Shown piece after piece: positions 35,801 through 39,591 of a stretch of DNA of 39,591 bases (positions are counted from its first letter, which is position 1; the number at the start of each line of letters is the position of its first letter). Below the pieces are notes generated by a model. The model was not told the DNA's origin. It saw only the letters and a program-made list of their open reading frames with translations, and did no database searches. The stretch is from a bacterium (lineage in GTDB: Bacteria > SAR324 > NAC60-12), in the NCBI GenBank assembly GCA_965233585.1, contig CBDDTI010000075.1, forward strand, positions 1-39,591, written 5' to 3'. Both the position numbers and the translations under genes were made by a program.

Positions 35801-37226
35801 TACTTTGCAGGAGATCTTTGGGGAAAAACTTCTTGCCAAAGCAGTTGAGTGCTCCAAGCCATGCTTAGAGCTGCTGGTTCAGTATCTTGCAGACAGGGCA
35901 TGCTTGACAAAGGATGCGCTGAAAAGTTTCAAGAAGTCCTTGGAGGAAGCATCCCTGGTCACAACTGCACTTCCGAACGGGGCATCGATTCGAGCTTGCC
36001 TGGATATTGTGAAGGAGTTTCTGATGATGGCTTCCTACACTGACGGTCCAGACAAGACTCTTGTTGAAAGCAAGTATCAGTTCATCAAAGAGGCCAATGC
36101 TACCAAGTCCAGGTCGGAGGAGGACATCACCTCAGCCATCCAACGCGTGGCTGCTCTGGCCAACATGGAGGTCGATGTCTCTGCACTGGTCTCTTTGTAC
36201 GGTGAGTTGGTTGCCAGGGCCGAAGAATCTTTTGATGAGACTCGGAAGAGCTTTCTGGAGAAGCTGGAGGAGGCCAAGGTGACCGATGTCAAGATACCGC
36301 CAGAAGTCGATTCGATTGCTTCCGTGACCGACATCACCCAGGATTTCCTTGCAAAGTTCTTTGACATGAAGGTATCTGTGGCTGTCTCTGAGAAAACAAT
36401 TGCCATGACGCAATTGCTTCGGGACATCAAGCTGGCATGCAGCTACATGGGGACCGATGTGGGCACTTTCATCGACACCACACAGTATGAGATCAACAAT
36501 CGCGAAGGTCTTGGCTTCTTGTACCCAGGCAAAATACGGTCTTTTTCTAGCTGATGCCAAGCGACGGGAAAGAACTCACTGTACTGTACTGAGCACTGAT
36601 CACTGTAACTGTAAAGTTGTAAAGTTGTAAAGTAAACCATGCACATCCAGGCTCTAAATTGACACTAAAGTCACTAAATAGTATCAATGTAAATACTGTA
36701 ACTAAGTAAGTGTAAACTGTACACCGTAACTGTAAACTGTAAACTGTAAACTGTAACACTGTAACACTGTAACAGTGTAACGTAAACTGTATATAAACTG
36801 ACTCTATGTGACATTGTGTTAACTGTTAACTGTAAACTGTAAACACTGTAAACATTGTAAATGCCGTAAATTATCAACTGCAAAAAATGAACTAACTAAC
36901 CAACCTACGAAATTAGTAAACTCAAACCCAACACTAAAGTTGTATCTGAATCTGTTTATCCCTGGGCAATTACTGACTGTTACTCAAAAGTCAATATAAG
37001 TGACTGAGTTGCCATTAATTGCAACCTCCCTGATATCCTGAGGTGTGTCGGGAACCTACTGCACTGTTTGGGAAGCAAAGCAGTTCAACGTGCAGTTCAG
37101 CGCGGCCAAAAGCCTTCAGACAATGCGTTGAATTCTCTGAGGGACTCATTGGCCGCAGCAATCCAGAACTCTATCGAGCTCCCGGCCTCAATTCAGGCTA
37201 TGTCAACCAGTTTCACGTCCAAGTGA
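20845..37226 (+). CDS. Multi-exon protein of unknown function (~1,200 aa): N-terminal C4 zinc finger, disordered acidic/basic middle, long predicted helical C-terminus
   Basis: Exons: 20845-20951 (MPPSAAGK...KRCRRC), 24035-24164 (...GHHCLVCRE), possible micro-exon ~26670-26695, 27005-27323, 27817-~28056, 29450-29947, 31052-~31270, ~31895-32180, ~32490-32664, 33013-~33582, 35774-~36520 and 37043-37226 (...AMSTSFTSK*). Most joins are in phase. Several exons coincide with long ORFs in the track (162, 114, 176, 208 and 267 aa). Confidence 0.75.
21490..23200. repeat. Degenerate TTTAAAG/CTTTAAA satellite interspersed with complex sequence
   Basis: Mostly G-strand units over 21500-22720 with C-strand patches; a clean (CTTTAAA)n block at 23060-23200. 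Confidence 0.8.
24291..24360 (+). repeat. 12-bp minisatellite (GCGACCGATATA) x ~5-6
   Basis: gcgatccatata gcgaccgatata gcgaccaatata gcgaccgatata gcgaccgatatg. Confidence 0.9.
24476..24845. mobile_element. Foldback-like element built of GTAC-containing subrepeats, with a perfect 70-bp inverted repeat
   Basis: 24494-24563 is the exact reverse complement of 24592-24661, with a 28-nt loop. GGTACA/TGTACC subrepeats extend to ~24845. Mobility is inferred only. Confidence 0.6.
25364..25437 (-). repeat. Interstitial telomeric repeat (CCCTAAA)n = TTTAGGG type
   Basis: Five perfect CCCTAAA units (25377-25390 and 25416-25436) plus variants. Further single or variant units at ~25102, ~25302 and 25990-26015. 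Confidence 0.85.
27385..27529. mobile_element. 145-bp MITE-like element with 26-28 bp terminal inverted repeats
   Basis: GGGAGGGGGACCCCTATAT(AT)GTAACTT at 27385-27412 pairs with AAGTTACATATAGGGGTCCCCCTCCC at 27504-27529. No clear target-site duplication. Confidence 0.6.
30080..30900. repeat. Bipartite satellite: (TTTAAAG)n followed by (CTGTACA/CTTTACA/CTTTAAA)n
   Basis: G-strand units 30080-30320 and C-strand units 30335-30900, within intron 29948-31051. Confidence 0.9.
33690..35720. repeat. Bipartite satellite: (TTTAAAG)n followed by (CTTTAGA/CTCTAGA/CTTTAAA)n
   Basis: G-strand units ~33790-34070; C-strand units from ~34085 (ctttagactctagactctagactttaga) to 35720. Confidence 0.9.
36575..36885 (+). 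repeat. (CTGTAAA)n/(CTGTAA)n satellite
   Basis: Runs of actgtaaactgtaaactgtaaac in the last intron of gene 3. Confidence 0.85.
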
Positions 37227-38356
37227 CTGAAGCTCAGGTCAGTCAGGATTGTCCCTGACACATGGTGGGGTGCGGCCCAAGGTCTTCGGATTTGGGCTTT
37301 GGCTGCAGCTGCAGCGAGTCTATATCGGGGTTTGCAAAGGCTACTGCCTTCCTATACAATACCAATTACCAATGGTTGGTACTCTGTAGTCTCACATTTC
37401 AACAGTTGCCATTGCTTGGCCTGTGACTGTGTTTGGCATCGTGCAATCTTTCTGTTTCTTTAACAGTAACATGAAAAATAGTTGCAATCAAAGCTTCAAG
37501 TCCTTGAATCCAACGTTGTGGACAGATGGAGAAATTTATCATTTGAATCCAGGCCATAGCAGTCGGCTTGTAGACTTGTGTCATGCACTGCGTGGCCCCG
37601 TGGCTGTATTTAGCAGAAGTCAGCGCTGCAGGCATTCCACAGGCGCGACCAGGATGTAAGGTGCACTGCATCATGGCGCATTTGCCCCATTGCTCTTATT
37701 TATTTCCGGTCCCGTTTCTCAGAGGGCTTGCACATTTACTGAGGGCTTGCCCAGAAAATTCACAAGTTGCTTAGGTGTTGAGCCAAACATTGTAATGTCA
37801 ATGCACCAGATCTCAGATCTGATTTTCCTGGCGCCTGTCAATAAGTTCAGCTTTCAATCGCGCTTGGCGGCGCTGGGACAACTTTTTCCTTCGCTGTGAA
37901 CTGTGGACCAGCTGGGGGAGCCGGTCCATTTTTGCATCGCGTTGGATTGAGCGACAGAAAACAACCCAGCTAGCATGTGATAAAAATCTTGCTGGTGCGA
38001 TGTTTGGTTCGGTTCATACAGTGGTTCATATCATTACATTGCATTGCCTGTCAGTCAGACAAGTCAGCACCTTCTTTTTCTTTCTATTCCAAACCACCCA
38101 GTCAGCCAGCTGATTGACACCTGCTCAAATGTTTTTGGACGACATGAGAGACACGACAGTGATAGTGATGATGTCGACTATTCAAGCCTCTATCAAGCCA
38201 CTAATCTAATCACTAATCACTAAGGTCGCTATGTCACATGCAGGAGATCCAACAGCCATGTGATCCAATTGCCATCAACCAACAAACAGTTCCACTTGCT
38301 GTGTAGGAAAACAGGGAACATGAAACAAATCTCATCCTTCCACGTTCCTAGTTGCG

Positions 38357-39591
38357 ATGGGACGAAGACCAAAGGCTGCTGCTGAACAGTCGATTGCAGC
38401 AGCCTTTGCGAAGACCTCCGCAGCTAAAAAGGCCGTGGCAAAGCCACGCGGGCCCGCCAAAGCGAAGGCTTCCAGTGTGACAGTTGCTTCACCGGAGTTG
38501 AAAGCTGACAACAGCAGTAGCAGCGCAGGCTACGAAAAACTCACCCCTGCCAAAAGAAAGGAGTACAAGGATGCATCCCAGGAGTGCTTTGGAGAAGCTT
38601 CGGGGGCTAAGAGTACCCAGGGGGGAGTCCAGGACGAATCAAAGCGGCAATGCTTGAATTCTGCCCTTGCAGACATGGAGCACAAAGTTTTTGTGGACGT
38701 GGTTCAGTCAACCATGGAAAAGGCAAATCAATGGCATCCTGGCATTGACATAGATTTACAAAGCACTTCAACGAATGATGCAGCAGCAGATGCCGTGGAT
38801 CCTGCTCAGGCAGCACCCGAACCTTGCACTCTCAAACAAGTTGAAGTTTTTGAGGATGTGAATCAGAAGAAAGAAAAAGGGACAGAGGACTACCCCGAAG
38901 CAAAGACAGTTGATGGTCATGCCGCCAACGTGGCCGAAGTTCACCCTGCCGATGCATCAGCAAGCAAGCAGTGTGAGATGCCGCCATCGGACGGAGATGA
39001 GTCGATGCTTTCAAACCATGACAAGTCAGCTGTGGCTCCTTCAGCGGCCGCAGCCGCAGCAGCAGTCATTGTGGCTTCTGCTGTGTCAACACCTTGTCAT
39101 GCTGAGGCGCATTTGTTGGAGTCAGGCTCTGAACTTGGGCAGGCCAGCAGCGAACCTGGAAACGCTGCTGACCCTGTTAAACCTGGCGAAGATGATGTCC
39201 CAATGGATGCGGCTGGCAAGCCATCTGAGCTTGATTGCCCTGAAGCAAAGACAATTGATGGTGATGCCGCCAACGTGGCCGAAGTTCACCCTGCTGATGC
39301 ATCAGCAAGCAACCAGTGTGAGATGCCGCCATCGGATGGAGATCAGTCGATGCTTCCAAACCATGAGGAGTCAGCTGTGGCTCCTTCAGCGGCCGCAGCC
39401 GCAGCAGCAGTCATTGTGGCTTCTGCTGTGTCAACACCTTGTCATGCTGAGGCGCATTTGTTGGAGTCAGGCTCTGAACTTGGGCAGGCCAGCAGCGAGC
39501 CTGGAAACACTGCTGGCCCTGTTAAACCTGGCGAAGATGATATTCCAATGGATGCGGCTGGCAAGCCATCTGAGCTTGATCCCCGGCCAAG
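38357..39591 (+). CDS. 5' part of a gene; Lys/Ala-rich N-terminus followed by a low-complexity acidic region with a 115-aa tandem duplication (runs off the window)
   Basis: ATG at 38357 (MGRRPKAAAEQSIAAAFAKTSAAKKAVAKPRGPAKAK...) stays open with no stop to the window end (~411 codons). It is probably absent from the ORF track because it lacks a stop. Confidence 0.8.
   Translation, partial: MGRRPKAAAEQSIAAAFAKTSAAKKAVAKPRGPAKAKASSVTVASPELKADNSSSSAGYEKLTPAKRKEYKDASQECFGEASGAKSTQGGVQDESKRQCLNSALADMEHKVFVDVVQSTMEKANQWHPGIDIDLQSTSTNDAAADAVDPAQAAPEPCTLKQVEVFEDVNQKKEKGTEDYPEAKTVDGHAANVAEVHPADASASKQCEMPPSDGDESMLSNHDKSAVAPSAAAAAAAVIVASAVSTPCHAEAHLLESGSELGQASSEPGNAADPVKPGEDDVPMDAAGKPSELDCPEAKTIDGDAANVAEVHPADASASNQCEMPPSDGDQSMLPNHEESAVAPSAAAAAAAVIVASAVSTPCHAEAHLLESGSELGQASSEPGNTAGPVKPGEDDIPMDAAGKPSELDPRP
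38891..39580 (+). repeat. Coding tandem duplication, 2 x 345 bp
   Basis: GAAGCAAAGACA at 38897 and 39242; GAGCTTGAT ends at 39235 and 39580. The offset of 345 bp (115 codons) is constant, with scattered substitutions only. Confidence 0.95.

Noticed and set aside
1..39591. Prokaryotic or phage operon interpretation, or an alternative genetic code
   Set aside because: Coding islands join via spliceosomal-type boundaries under the standard code. There are no long contiguous ORF arrays or Shine-Dalgarno patterns.

Overview
Eukaryotic, intron-rich genomic DNA, most likely from a dinoflagellate (Symbiodiniaceae-like). This is inferred from frequent GC/GA donors alongside GT, AG|G acceptors, very short exons, all genes on one strand and TTTAGGG-type repeats. 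The six-frame ORF track is largely misleading. Manual splicing gives four co-oriented + strand genes: (1) the probable 3' end of an Ala/Gly/Pro-rich gene (409-2906); (2) a gene of more than 30 exons and roughly 1,400 aa (~3447-20290) encoding a hAT-like DDE transposase with an intact D/D/E triad, CxxH and RW motifs, extra Cys/His clusters, an HMG-box-like segment and a C-terminal C-H-C-H motif; (3) an orphan gene of roughly 1,200 aa with an N-terminal C4 zinc finger (20845-37226); (4) an ORF open to the window end with a 115-aa tandem duplication (38357->39591). The large introns are filled with heptamer satellites made of C plus a palindromic TNTAN'A hexamer (CTTTAAA, CTCTAGA, CTGTACA, CTATATA). 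These grade into true CCCTAAA telomeric repeats and often switch from G-strand to C-strand orientation mid-intron. The introns also hold a perfect 70-bp foldback and a 145-bp MITE-like element. All gene models were assembled by eye and need RNA-seq and HMM confirmation.
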